Part shown: one piece after another, positions 10,633-23,138 of the stretch
Layout of the letters: the number at the start of each line of letters is the position of its first letter
How positions within the stretch are numbered: the stretch's first letter is position 1
Source: Octopus sinensis
Lineage: Eukaryota
Assembly (NCBI RefSeq): GCF_006345805.1
Contig: NC_043009.1
Location: 63,674,001-63,738,000 of the forward strand
Length of the DNA: 64,000 nucleotides
Reading direction: 5' to 3'
Translations under genes and position numbers: made by a program
The notes under the pieces: model-generated
Seen by the model: the letters and a program-made list of their open reading frames with translations, nothing else
Database searches by the model: none
What the model was told of the DNA's origin: nothing

Positions 10633-11060
10633 CAGAGCCAGATTAAGGCCCATAGAGACCCTAAGCACTTAATAGATTTTGGTGCCACCCATATATATGT
10701 AACTCAAAATATAAACAATAATAAACCATAAAATAAATTTTCATCTTTCAAAGTGAAACAAAATTAACAGAAAGCTGGAAAATAATGATTATTTTTGTAT
10801 ACTCGCCCCACTTATATTTCAAATCTATATTTGAAAGGTTTTCTCCTACTTAACTGCAAAATTTTTGAATAGATCCTCAAAATTAATCTTACGAAATCTG
10901 CTTCTATGCTTGCAAGAGATAAAGGTATCCCGAATATTATTTTAGCAAGTAAAAAGTTATTTCTTTTGTGCAGTAGACCATTTACCATTTCTGTGGAGCT
11001 CCCACATCCCTTGGTGCCCTAACTATGTGCTTATTTTGCTTAAAGGCTCATCCGGCTCTA
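10633..11060. mobile_element. hAT-type MITE
   Basis: Ends CAGAGCCAGAT / ATCCGGCTCTA. 8-bp TSD GTTGCATG (10625-10632) / GTTGTATG (11061-11068). Confidence 0.8.
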
Positions 11061-11760
11061 GTTGTATGTAATATTGGAGACATTGAATAATGTGTATATA
11101 TTTTGCATATAGTGAATGGGGTTTTGATACACATGTACACATGGAGCAATTCACAGTAGCATGTGTAAATTTAATTGATATTTGGGCCTCATGGAGGCAA
11201 TGACAAATGACTGAGATCTTCAGCAATATACTATCAAGCCAAGTGTAATCAAAGTTGTGGAGGATACTGGTATCATGCAACAGGCACCAAGGGTGCTGGT
11301 GGCACTTAAAAGCACCTATTACACTTTCAGAGTGGTTGGCATCCATCCATAAAAACCATGCCAAATCAGACTGGAGTCTGGCACAGCCCTCAGCTTACCA
11401 GCTCTGGTCAAACAGTCCAACCCATGCCAGCATGGATAATGGACGTTAAATGATGATGAAAATGAAGATGTTGATTTCTTGTCTCATTTTGATACATACT
11501 CAAACTATTGTGTTCAAGCTATGGGTAAGGGGGAAAAAGAAAAAAACCATATACCCAAGGCAGTGTTTTGGATGCTAAACACAAATCACAGGAGGGCTGA
11601 TATATGTAATATATCGAACTGAAAAACTTTGAGATCGATGGAGATTATCCAAGCAATCTGTAGACAAAAATCCGTGTAGTGATGTTTAAAATCTAAAAAA
11701 AAAACAAGAAAAGAAAGGAAGATAATGAAGATCAGTTAAATGAAATCTTTTAGCGATGCA

Positions 11761-12120
11761 GGTGCAGGCATGGTTGTGTGGTAAGAAGCTTGCTTACAAA
11801 CCACATGGTTCCAGGTTCAGCCCCATTGTGTGGCATCTTGGGCAAGTGACTTCTACTATAGCTTCGAGCCAACCAAAGCCTTGTGAGTGGATTTGGTAGA
11901 CGGAAACTGAAAGAAGCCTATCGTATGTATGCGTGTGTGTGTGTGTTTCTCCCCTACCACTACTTGACAACCGGTGTAGGTTTGTTTACAACCCTATAGC
12001 TTAGTTCAGCAAAACAGACAACAGAATAAAAAGCAAACTTCAAAAAGAATACATTCAAGGTTCAATTCCTTCAACTAAAAACTCTTCAAGGCAGTGCCCC
12101 AGCATGGCCAGTCTAAAGAA
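11761..12120 (+). mobile_element. Family A SINE
   Basis: GGTTGTGTGGTAAG...GGTTCAGCCCC...GGGCAAGTG...GTAGACGGAAACTGAAAGAAGCC layout. Confidence 0.8.
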
Positions 12121-12935
12121 GCAGATTAGATTGTATCTGGTCTAAAAGCAGCTGGAAAAAACAACAGACATGTTTCAGTCTTATAAGTTTTTCTCAGCTA
12201 AGCATATTCGTCTCTGTTGACAAAACAAAGAGTGATCACTAGATACGGAAATAGATTAAATGTATTGATATTGATTATTAATATCAATAATATGAGCAAG
12301 TAAAATACCGTGATGTAGTTTACTACATACTTAACGCATAAAGCACGACGGACCATGATCGAGGCCATCAGACACAGGTCGAAAGACCACAACTGTGGCC
12401 GATAAACATTCATTTAATTTATGGGCATTTGTTGGGGTCTAATGTTACTCAGACTCTCCGATACCCACCACCCCAGAATGCAAGAGGACTAATAGTTCAA
12501 CTAATGACTTTTCAGATGATGTAAAACTTGCCACCGTTATATACTAAGAAAGTACTTTAACTATTTTTTGCTTTTTATGTGTGCCTTGCCCGCCCATGCC
12601 GGTGGCACATAAAAAATACTACCTGAACATGATCGATGCCAGACCCACCTGACTGGCTCCCTGTGTTGGTGACACATAAAAAGCACCCACTACACTCTCA
12701 GAGTGGTTGGCATTAGGAAGGGCATCCAGCTGTAGAAACATTGCCAGATCAGATTGGAGCCTGGTGCAACCTCCTGGCTCTCCAGACCTCAGTCAAACCG
12801 TCCAACCCATGCCAGCATGGAAAGCGGACGTTAAACAATGATGATGATGATGATGATGATGATGGTAGTCTCCTTTTCATAAAATGTGCCCAACAGTCCA
12901 TGCTATGTAAGTGCAAATCCCATTGCTTTATGGGT

Positions 12936-13148
12936 TACTCTTTTACTCTTTACTTGTTTCAGTCATTTGACTGCGGCCATGCTGGAGCACCGCCTTTAGT
13001 CAAGCAACTCGACCCCGAGACTTATTCTTTGTAAGCCCAGTACTTATTCTATCGGTCTCTTTTTGCCACACCGCTAAGTGACGGGGACGTAAACACACCA
13101 GCATCGGTTGTCAAGCAACGCTAGGGGGACAAACAGAGACACACAAAT

Positions 13149-13179
<31 letters not shown>

Positions 13180-13342
13180 CGACAGGCTTCTTTCAGTTTC
13201 CGTCTACCAAATCCACTCACAAGGCATTGGTCGGCCCGGGGCTATAGCAGAAGACACTTGCCCAAGATGCCACGCAGTGGGACTGAACCCGGAACCATGT
13301 AGTTGGTTAGCAAGCTACTTACCACACAGCCACTCCTGCACC
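12936..13342 (-). mobile_element. Family A SINE (young subfamily)
   Basis: Nearly identical to 6168-6562 by eye. Confidence 0.85.
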
Positions 13343-13473
13343 CATAAGGTTTGAATTTCCATCCCACTGCAATGGACCAGAATGATACGAAATAGAAATG
13401 ATTGCCATGTAACATTTAGAAAAACTTCTCAAGATGAGATGAAAGAAATCCATAAAGATTCAACATGTCTTAA

Positions 13474-13677
13474 CCCTTTCGTTACCAACTCGGCTGAAAC
13501 CGGCTCTGGCTCGTTTTCTTAAGTTTTGAATTAAAATCTTCCACCAAACCTTAGTCGCAATTTATGTTCCTAACACTAGCTGAATGACAACTGTGTTATT
13601 TTACTAAATTCTTTGTTATACTTAAAGTAATTGAAAGAAACACAGAGCATCTCAAAATAAATACAATAGCAAAAGGG
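13474..13677. mobile_element. piggyBac-type MITE
   Basis: TTAA|CCCTTTCGTTA ... TAGCAAAAGGG|TTAA, giving a TTAA target duplication. A similar end occurs at about 46175-46187. Confidence 0.8.
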
Positions 13678-14104
13678 TTAATACCTTACATTTCAGTAGC
13701 CAATTCGTGTTTCTGTTTGGAGTTACCTCCCTTAGCCAATGAAGAGTGTGTGTGTGTGTGGTGTGTGTGTGTGTGCATTTAAATTAGGTCTTTTTGTTTG
13801 TTGTTTTTTCTCACTCACATGATACTTCAGGAAGGAAGGTCATACTGGGAGAATGACATGTCATGCTTGGTTGATGGCACGCTACACGTCACTTTTACAC
13901 ACACACACACATCTATGCACGCAGCCATGCAATTATATTCTTGATGCTTTGCCCAGATTTGCCTTCGATGGATTTTTTACTAATGCAGACCTAAACCCAA
14001 TTAGGCTTGAATTACTATATTACCATATTCATATTAAATATGATCTCCATTTGTGTATGTATGTATGTATGTGTATATATATATATGTGTGTGTATATAT
14101 ATAT

Positions 14105-14135
<31 letters not shown>

Positions 14136-14138
14136 GTG

Positions 14139-14175
<37 letters not shown>

Positions 14176-14236
14176 GTGTATATATATATATATACACATA
14201 CATACATACAAACATATATATATACACACACATACA

Positions 14237-14272
<36 letters not shown>

Positions 14273-14277
14273 TATTC

Positions 14278-14552
14278 CCGTTTCAGTCATTTTGACTGGC
14301 CATGCTGGACCACCGCCTTTAGTTGACCAAATTGACCCCAGGACTTATTCTTTGTAAGCCTAGTACTTATTCTATCGGCCTCTTTTGCTGAACCGCTAAG
14401 TTATGAGGACGTAAACACACCACCATCAGTTGTCAGGTGATGTTGGCGGGGACACACACATGCATACATATGTACATACATATATATATATATATATATG
14501 ATGATGTATATATATATATTATATGATATATATATATGATGATATATATATA

Positions 14553-14587
<35 letters not shown>

Positions 14588-14748
14588 ACAGGCTTCTCTC
14601 AGTTCCATCGACCAAATCCACTCGCAAGGCTTTGGTTGGCCCGAGGCTATAGTAGAAGACACTTGCCAAAGGTGCCACGCAATCGGACTGAACCTGGAAC
14701 CATGTGGTTGGTAAGCAAGCTACGTACCACACAGCCGCTCCTGTGCCT
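14278..14748 (-). mobile_element. Family A SINE
   Basis: Full head-to-tail similarity with an expanded internal (TA)n. Confidence 0.8.
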
Positions 14749-15190
14749 GTATATACATACATACATACATATATACATATATGTGTGTGTATGTATGTAT
14801 ATATATATATGTATACAGGGTGCGATAGGTAAATTGTTACCATTTTATATTTTTAATTTTATGCATGCGCATTGTTTGTTTTTGATATATTCAACTTCCC
14901 CAAACTCAACACTATAAACAAATAGATAATTCAGCAATTATACAGTGCTCCCACTGCAACCCTCCCTCCTTTGAAGAACTAATCCCATAAGAGTTATGTG
15001 TATTGAATATGGTGAAGGTCATACTCTTCCTCTTCAGACACCTGTGACCAAAGACAGTTCAGAAGTACCATTATTTAAGGCCAGTGGTTCCCAACCTTTT
15101 TATACCTATGGACCCCTTTGATTCCTATTTTATTCAAGAGTAGGGGTACCCCCATAGCCATTCGATGTCTAAAAGCTCCTATTATATTTG

Positions 15191-15272
15191 TATATGGCAT
15201 AGCAGTTAAGAGCACAGACTATCAACCCCAAGATTCCAAGTTTGATTCCAAAGCAGTGACCTGAATAATATT

Positions 15273-15329
<57 letters not shown>

Positions 15330-15510
15330 AACATCGAAAAATACCTTAGGAATGAGAACCCAGGTTTAAAATTTCCCCCAAGACACCTGATGAAGGCTGG
15401 AGGGTATATCAGCCGAAACGTTGTGCTAACAACAAACAAGATGAGGACAAATATCTGTCAAATGCAAATAATGTACATAATTCCTCATCTCTTAAATATA
15501 GAACTGTATT
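15191..15510 (+). mobile_element. Family E SINE-like copy with a single tail
   Basis: Same head, (AAT)n and tail as 9420-10050; nested in the hAT MITE. Confidence 0.8.
15381..15427 (+). ncRNA. Minimal type I hammerhead ribozyme motif (intact core)
   Basis: Identical to 9640-9686: CTGATGA 15387-15393, GAAA 15415-15418, GTT 15420-15422. Confidence 0.65.
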
Positions 15511-16009
15511 ATTAGAAGTTGTATTAAAAAAATTGTTTAAACATTTTGTGCTTTGCAGAAATACAACCTGTTTATTGCACATAAATCTCAACAACAAAAT
15601 CTTATGTGAACCCCACCAAGGGTCATATGGGTCTCATTCGAGAACCACTGATTTAAGGAATAAAAAGTATATGTTTGCTGTTTCATGGCCAAGTGGATCA
15701 GTACTTGTAGTTTTAGCAGGTGCTATTTAGATACAGGTGCTATTTAGATAAAAGTAATATCTGATTTCACATCACCTGAACAAAGTCTGATGGCAAATCA
15801 CCTGAACATGTGTAGTTATCAACAATGGCTTTTATAGTTCAATAGCTATTGTTGTTAGAAGGACGGGGTTAGAATAAAACATAAAAGGGATGAGGGGTGA
15901 GAGAGGAGGAGAAAGGAAAAAAATAGCGGATGTACAGTTGACAACAAAGACAATCCTGCCATGACCATAGTTTTTCCATGTATATCGTAGCACAGATTAC
16001 ATTATCATG

Positions 16010-16335
16010 AAAGCAAGTGGGTCAGTGGTTAGGGTTTTCAGCTCAAGACTGTAAGGCCATGAGTTCAATTCCTGGTAGGGCTTGGTGTCCTTGAGCAAGT
16101 CACTTTATTTCACACTGCTTCAGTCTACTCAGCTGGCAAAAATGAGTTGTACCTGTATTTCAAAGGAGGTGGGGGGCAGCCTTGTCACATTCTGTATCAT
16201 GCTAGATCCCCCTGACAGTTATGTTAAGGGTACGCATGTTTGTGGGGGTGCCCAGTCACTGGCTACTTTCACAAGCAGGCTGTTCCATTGATCGAATCAA
16301 CTGGAACCCTTGTCGTTATAACCGGCAGAGTGACA
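16010..16335 (+). mobile_element. tRNA-headed SINE, family D
   Basis: GTCAGTGGTTAG..GAGTTCAATTCC head, CCTTGAGCAAGTCACTT core and GGAACCCTTGTCGT tail. Relatives at about 8165, 8880, 10300, 20880, 22690, 38185, 56335 and 57860. Confidence 0.7.
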
Positions 16336-16339
16336 GTTA

Positions 16340-16775
16340 TACATCAGAACAAAGGTTATTACAAAAGGTTATTACAAAAGGACCGAGAGATCAATGGCGT
16401 GAAACTATTGGATAAAACGGAGGGCCGAGGACTTGATGGAGACGCTGGGGTCGGAGGATTCGGTGGAACAGCTGGCATGGGCGAATGGAGTGTGGTAGTA
16501 TGGACATGTGTTGAGGAGGGATGAGGATCATGTTCTGAGCAGAGTGCTTGAGTTTAAAGTGAATGAACCACGAAAACGAGGTCAACCAAAGAAAACTTGG
16601 AGGGAACAGGTGGTGGAGGAGGAGATTTGGAGGGTCGGCTTGAGGAGGGAGGATGCCCAAAACCTGGCAAGATGGCAAGACAGTGTGAGAGCAGTTGCTG
16701 TAAGAGTGAGGTAGATCTGGCCACCCTCGTTAATGGGGACAAACCCAGATTTGAAATATTGGAATTCATTCATTC
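16340..16775 (+). mobile_element. 5'-truncated RTE-clade LINE (ORF2 C-terminus plus 3' end)
   Basis: Encodes WYGHVLRRDEDHVLSRVLEFKVNEPRKRGQPKKTW, the RTE GHV-x-R...RGRP-x-x-x-W motif. The same 3' end recurs at about 36395-36460. Confidence 0.85.
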
Positions 16776-17879
16776 AAAACATTATTATAGATGGCAGCTA
16801 CAGAGAACAAGGTTTTTTTACAATAAGCAAATATACAGAACAAGGCTTATCAATAGGCATTTATTATAAAGAACAAGGTTTATTACAATAGGCAGTTACA
16901 CTGAAGCAGGCTTATAAATAGGCAATTATAAGGACAAGGTCTTTTTCTTTCAATAGACAGTTATAATGAATAAAGCTTGTTGTAGTAGAGAGCTGCATAG
17001 TATGGGAATATGTGCCCTAGAAGAAAAATACAGTACAAAGTTAACACAAGAAACTATATGAGCTTTTCATCAATAAACATAAAGTTTGAAATTTTGGCAA
17101 AGGGGCTGGTCTATTACATCAATCCCAATTATTTACATTATTTGTATATTATGTATATTTCACTAGCCCCAGAAGGATGAAAAAACAAAGTTGAGCTTGG
17201 AGGAATTTGAACCAAGACAAATGAAATGCTGCTAAGCATCATGCCTCTCATGCTAATGATTCTGACAGCTCACCATCTTAGAAACTACATAATTAATGAT
17301 TCAGAGATGCCATCTGCATGAAAAACAAAGGTCTCGTTAGTGTGACCATATTTAATGAATATAATGTTAAATATTCTAAATAACAATGAATGTGGTGAGA
17401 TTAAAAAAAATAATAGAATCTGTGCCAACAATTAATAAATATTATTCTTTTTTTTTTTTTGCAGTAAGTATGGAAGATAATTCCAGGATATGCTCAAACC
17501 TCGAAATATTTCATTTTCCCCCTTACACCAACAATTGTACATTCTTTACCCAGAGATTCTTTCATTGCTAATGCAGCAAACACACTGAAGGTTATGCCTT
17601 GCTGATGGGGTCATAATAAGACTGAAACATGTTTAGACTTATCTCCAGTATATGCCAAGAAACAAAATGAAAATAGTATTAGCCAATGAAAAATATTGTT
17701 TCCCACATTCTGTAAAATTATTTCCAATAAATTATTGAATGTTTCCTTCACTAAATTCGTTAACCTCACCTTAACCCTAGACTAACTTTTACAATAATAC
17801 ACTGCTACATAAGGCAAGTGTTGTTATGACAGAAAGTTATATAAGGTGAGGTTTTATCAAAATAAGTAAATACATAAGT

Positions 17880-19150
17880 TAAATGTAGTCATAAATGATA
17901 GCTATATAAGGCAAGTTATGCCGAAATGTGCAGCCATATAAGTAAGGTAGGTTATGCTGAAATAGGCGGCCATATGAGGCAGGTTATGCCGAAATAGGCA
18001 GCCATATAACTAAGGCAGGTTATACCAACATGGGCGGCCATATGAGGCAGGTTATGCCAAAATAAGCAGCCATATAAGGCAGGTCACTCCAAAACAGGTG
18101 GCCATATAAGGCGGGTCATGCCAAAACAGGCAGCCATATAAGGCAAGTCACGTCAAAACAAGCCGTCATATGAGGCGAGTCACGTCAAAACAGGCAGCCA
18201 TATAAGGCAAATCACGTCAAAACAGGCAGCAATATAAGGCAAGTCACGTCGAAACAGGCAGCCATATAAGGCGAGTCCTGTCAAAATAGGCGACCATATA
18301 AGGCGAGTCACGTCGAAACTGGGAGCAATACAAGGCAAGTCACATTGAAACAAGCAGTAATATAAGGCAAGTCACGTCGAAACAGGCAGCCATATAAGGC
18401 GAGTCCTGTCAAAACAGGCGACCATATAAGGTGAGTCACGTCGAAACTGGGAGCAATACAAGGCAAGTCACGTCAAAACAAGCAGTAATATAAGGCGAGT
18501 CACGTCAAAACAGGCGAGCATATAAGGCGAGTCATGTCGAAACTGGGAGCAATACAAGGCAAGTCACATCAAAACAAGCAGTAATATAAGGCAAGTCACG
18601 TCGAAACAGGCACCCATATAAGGCGAGTCTTGTTAAAACAGGCGGCCATATAAGGCGAGTCACGTCGAAACTGGTAGCAATACAAGGCAAGTCACGTCGA
18701 AGCAAGCAGTAATATAAGGCGAGTCACGTCAAAACGTGGCCATATAAGGCGAGTCATGTCGAAACAGGCGGCCATATAAGGCGAGTCATGTCGAAAATAG
18801 CAGCAATATAAGGCGAATCACATGAAAACAGGCAGCGATATAAGGGGAGTCACCTCAAAACAGACAGCAATATAAGGCGACTCACATCGAAACTGGGAGC
18901 AATACAAGCCAAGTCACATCGAAGCAAGCAGTAATATAAGGCGAGTCACGTCAAATAAGGCGAATCACGTCGAAACAGGCGGCCATATAAGGCAAGTCAT
19001 GCCGAAAATAGCAGCAATATAAGGCGAATCACATCAAGACAGGCGGCCATATAAGGGGAGTCACCTCAAAACAGACAGCAATATAAGGCGAGTCATGTCG
19101 AAACAGGTGGTAATATCCGGCAGCTATGTAAGTTGTATCAAAATATGCAG
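17880..19150. repeat. 32-bp minisatellite (~40 units)
   Basis: Consensus GAGTCACGTCGAAACAGGCAGCCATATAAGGC; period counted as 32 at 18241-18304. Confidence 0.92.
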
Positions 19151-19877
19151 CTACATGAGGCAAGTTTTTAAACATGATAAACATCCACAAAATAAAACAG
19201 CCAAATTATGATTCTGAATTGTATTTCAGGTCATTGAACCAAGCAATCATAAAAGAACTGCTGCTGTTGCTATTGCTGCTGTTGCTGCTGCTGCACTATG
19301 TTCACTCCCACCCGTCCTACACATCACTCCATGGTTAATGTCATATGTGATATGAGGTTGTTGTGACATCTGTAAGCCATATAAGCTGAGAGAAAGCAAG
19401 TGCATGTTCAAGTTAAATCTGTAAACAAACACAGAATTCTAAAAAAAAATCTGTCTGGGAAACAAGAAAGAATCCAAAACTAAGTGAAATATCGACAACT
19501 GGTTAAGTTGCTGTGAGATAAGAATTCGAAATTATCCATCTGGGGATCACACACACACACAGACACACACACATGAATACAAGGAACAGGGTAAGAGGTT
19601 TGTGATTGGAAAAAGAGTAAACAATCTGCCAAAAGACTTACAAGAAGATAGACAGAAAAACAAACAGACACACAGGCAGGCAGGCAGAGTTATGATAGCT
19701 GACTGATGGTTGAAGAATAAAGGTGATGGCTTATGCTAAGCAGAATTATCAATATTGAATTAGTGGCTTTCATAAGTGAACAGTGTAATAGATATTTTAT
19801 TGAACAACAGCAATGATGATAGATCACAAAATGTCTACAACACAGACACCAGGCACACAGACACCAGGCACACACAC

Positions 19878-19942
<65 letters not shown>

Positions 19943-19985
19943 CATACATACACAAACATACACACACATACAAACTTGCTGCTAG

Positions 19986-20036
<51 letters not shown>

Positions 20037-20266
20037 ATATATTATATATATATATATGTATACACACACACATAGAATGTGGCAGTTTACAGGCAATACA
20101 CATGTGTTTATGACAGGTGATGTATACATTATCATTGTGACAGGTTGGTACACATTGCCCTGCTGACAGACAGGCATACAGGCTCTGTACTTCTGACTAA
20201 TAGGAATGGTAACTGCATAGACAGTCATTGTCATAGAAACAGGAACTCCCTCTCTCTTTCTCTTTC

Positions 20267-20313
<47 letters not shown>

Positions 20314-20382
20314 ATCCAGAATTAAGCTAGTCAACATGGAATGAAAAGAATTATGCATCTGACTGCAAATGGAAAATACTAG

Positions 20383-20757
20383 TAACTAGAGCACCCAGAG
20401 AGCGCAAACCTCCTCCAAGGCAACACCAACCTCCTCTCAACGATTAGCCAGAGATGATTTTTAGAATGAGAATACCTGAAATAAACTTGACTGCTCTCAC
20501 AAATGAGAATACTAAAAATGAACTCGACTGCTCTCCAAAATTAAGTAAAAAAAAAAATGGAAAAATAATCCAGAATCCTTGTTTGGTACTGGATTATTTT
20601 TCCATTTTTCTAATCATTTTGTGTCAATCACGAGGCAAAACATCCCTGAAAGTTTCATCGAAATCCATCCAGCGGTTCTTGAGATATCTTGTATATGGAC
20701 AAACAAACAAACGCAACCGAAAACAATACCTCCACCATCACTAAGGTGGAAGTAAAA
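20383..20757 (+). mobile_element. Probable non-autonomous Helentron/HINE-like element
   Basis: 5' AACTAGAG..AAACCTCC, internal ACAAACAAACAAAC tract, and 3' hairpin ACCTCCACC...GGTGGAAGT. Assignment from recalled architecture only. Confidence 0.45.
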
Positions 20758-21094
20758 ATTACCATTGTTCATACATTCAAATATGCATTTATGTATGTAG
20801 ATATGTATGTGTAGTGGCTAAGAGGTGGTTCCACACTCTTCAAAAAATCCTGGAATTCCTGAAGCAGAGCCCATACCAGATGCAGTTTAGAGTCATAGAA
20901 GCGCTGAGCAATGTGAGATGAAGTGCTTTCCAATAAAACACAATGCATTGCCCCAGTGCAGGAATCAAGCCTACGATCTCACTATTGGGTGTGAAACACC
21001 CTAACCACTAGGCCATGTGCCCTCACATCATAATCCTTTTATTTATAGGCACAGGGCCTAAAATTCTGGTAGGGGTGGGGCTAGCTGATTCTTA

Positions 21095-21870
21095 TTTCTT
21101 TATTGCCCACAAGGGGCTAAACATAGAGGGGACAAACAAGGACAGGCAAAGGGATTAAGTCGATTACATTGACCCCAGTGCGCAACTGGTACTTAATTTA
21201 TTGACCCCGAAAGGAGGAAAGGCAAAGTCAACCTCAGCAGAATTTAAATTCAGAACGTAGCGGCACAAGAAATACCTATTTCTTTACTACCCACAAGGGG
21301 CTAAACACAGAAGGGACAAACAAGGACAGACAAACAGATTAAGTCCATTATATCGACCCCCGTGCATAACTGGTACTTTTTAATCGACCCTGAAAGGATG
21401 AAAGGCAAAGTCGACCTCAGCGGAATTTGAACTCAGAACATAGCAGCAGACGAAATACTGCTAAGCGTTTCGCCCGGCGTGCTAACGATTCTGCCAGCTC
21501 GCCGTCTTTAACGGGGCTAGCCGATTCCATCAACACCAGTACCCAACTGGTACTTATTTTATCAACCCTGAAAGGATGAAAGGCAAAGTCGACCTCGGCA
21601 GTATTTGAACTCAGAATGTAAAGACAGATGAAATACCTATTTCTTTATTACCCACAAGGGGCTAAACACAGAGGGGACAAACAAGGACAGACATAGGTAT
21701 TAAATCGATTACATCGACCCCAGTGCATAACTGGTACTTAATTTATCGACCCCGAAAGGACAAAAGGCAAAGTCGACCTCGGCGGAATTTGAACTCACAA
21801 CGTAACGGCAGATGAAATACCGTTAAGCATCTCGCCCGGCATGCTAACGATTCTGCCAGCTCACTTCCTT
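21095..21870 (-). mobile_element. Tandem cluster of family C SINE-like units (~180 bp monomers)
   Basis: Four occurrences of GACCCCGAAAGGATGAAAGGCAAAGTCGACCTC-type sequence joined head to tail. Other copies at about 1645, 17150, 25205, 31085, 45815, 52490 and 53205. Confidence 0.75.
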
Positions 21871-22053
21871 ACGCCCTCACATCATAATGATGACCATTAT
21901 AATAATCAACACCTTTGTCATCACAACCATCACCATCGCTGTCATGTTTAAAGTAAACATCAGACACAAAATAAAATCTTTATTTTTTTTGGTTTTTGTT
22001 TTTGTTTTCAGATATCACTTGACATTTTCAGTTCTTCTCAAAAATTGCTTCTC

Positions 22054-22088
<35 letters not shown>

Positions 22089-22294
22089 TCTCTTTCCTCT
22101 GTCATTTACCTGCCTCCCTTCCTCCCTCTCTCTCTGTCTTTGTCCATGTCTGACATTTGACTGATACAGACACTACAACTGGCAGCTTGCCTGGGGACTG
22201 AACTCACAGAAGCAGTAAAATAATAATAATAATAATAATGATAATAATAATAAAAACAGTGGTGGTGGTGGTGGTAATGGTGGTGGTGGTAGTG

Positions 22295-22327
<33 letters not shown>

Positions 22328-23138
22328 ATAGTAGTAGTAGTAGTAGTAGTAGTAGCGGTGGTGGTGGTAATGGTGGTGGTAGTAGTAGTAGTAGGCAACC
22401 CAGTGAGTGTGTTGGTATTATGCATGTTATAGAAGTTTAGTTATCACAGGGAGAGAGAAAGAGAGAGAGAGAGAGACAGTATAGCATACGTACAGCAATC
22501 ACGAAAGCCATTGAGTACATCTGACAGAGAGCACCAAGTATGTGATATGTAGAGAGTTACTCGGAGACAGTGTCGTATGTGTTGTTATCACACAAGTCGC
22601 CTGGTGTGTACAACCATCACACAGACAGCGCAATGTAGTTACCACATAAAAGCCCAGTGTGTATAATTATTACACAACTATTCCAGTGTGAAGGTGCATG
22701 GCTCAGTGATTGGAGTGTTGGGCTTACAATAATAAGGTAGTGAGTTCAATTCTTGGACCGGGCTGTGTGTTGTGTTCTTGAGGAAGACACTTTATTTCAT
22801 GTTGCTCCAGTTCACTCAATCTATAGAAATGAGTTGTGGTGTCACTGGTGCCATGCTGTATCGGCCCCTTTGCCTTTCCCTTGGATAACATCTGTGGCAT
22901 GGAGAGGGGAGGCTGGTATGCATGGGTGACTGATGGTCTTCCATAAAACAACCTTGCTCAGATTCGTCCCTTAGAGGGTAACTTCCCAGGTGCAGTTCCA
23001 TGGTCCTTCATGACCGAAGGGGGTCTTTACCCTTTTATTCCAGTATGTATAATTATCACATGGACAGTTCAACATGTAGAGTTATCACTCAAACACCCCA
23101 TTATGTGGTGTTATCACATAGACAGCAAAGTATATAAT

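Larger units (their letters stand above)
15081..15650. mobile_element. hAT-type MITE containing an inserted hammerhead-tail SINE
   Basis: Ends CAGTGGTTC / GAGAACCACTG. Exact 8-bp TSD ATTTAAGG (15073-15080 and 15651-15658). Related copies at about 30960-31607 and 56848-57085. Confidence 0.85.

Noticed and set aside
13853-14917. ORFs rich in YI/VC/poly-I, V, T, S, M (also near 9668-10004, 19690-20330, 22204-22432, 29167-30530, 46838-47132 and 60211-60880)
   Set aside because: They are translations of microsatellites and low-complexity tracts.
17880-19150. CRISPR-like array
   Set aside because: Units are directly tandem with no unique spacers, there are no cas genes, and the context is eukaryotic. 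The same applies to the 62-bp repeat at 4395-4780.
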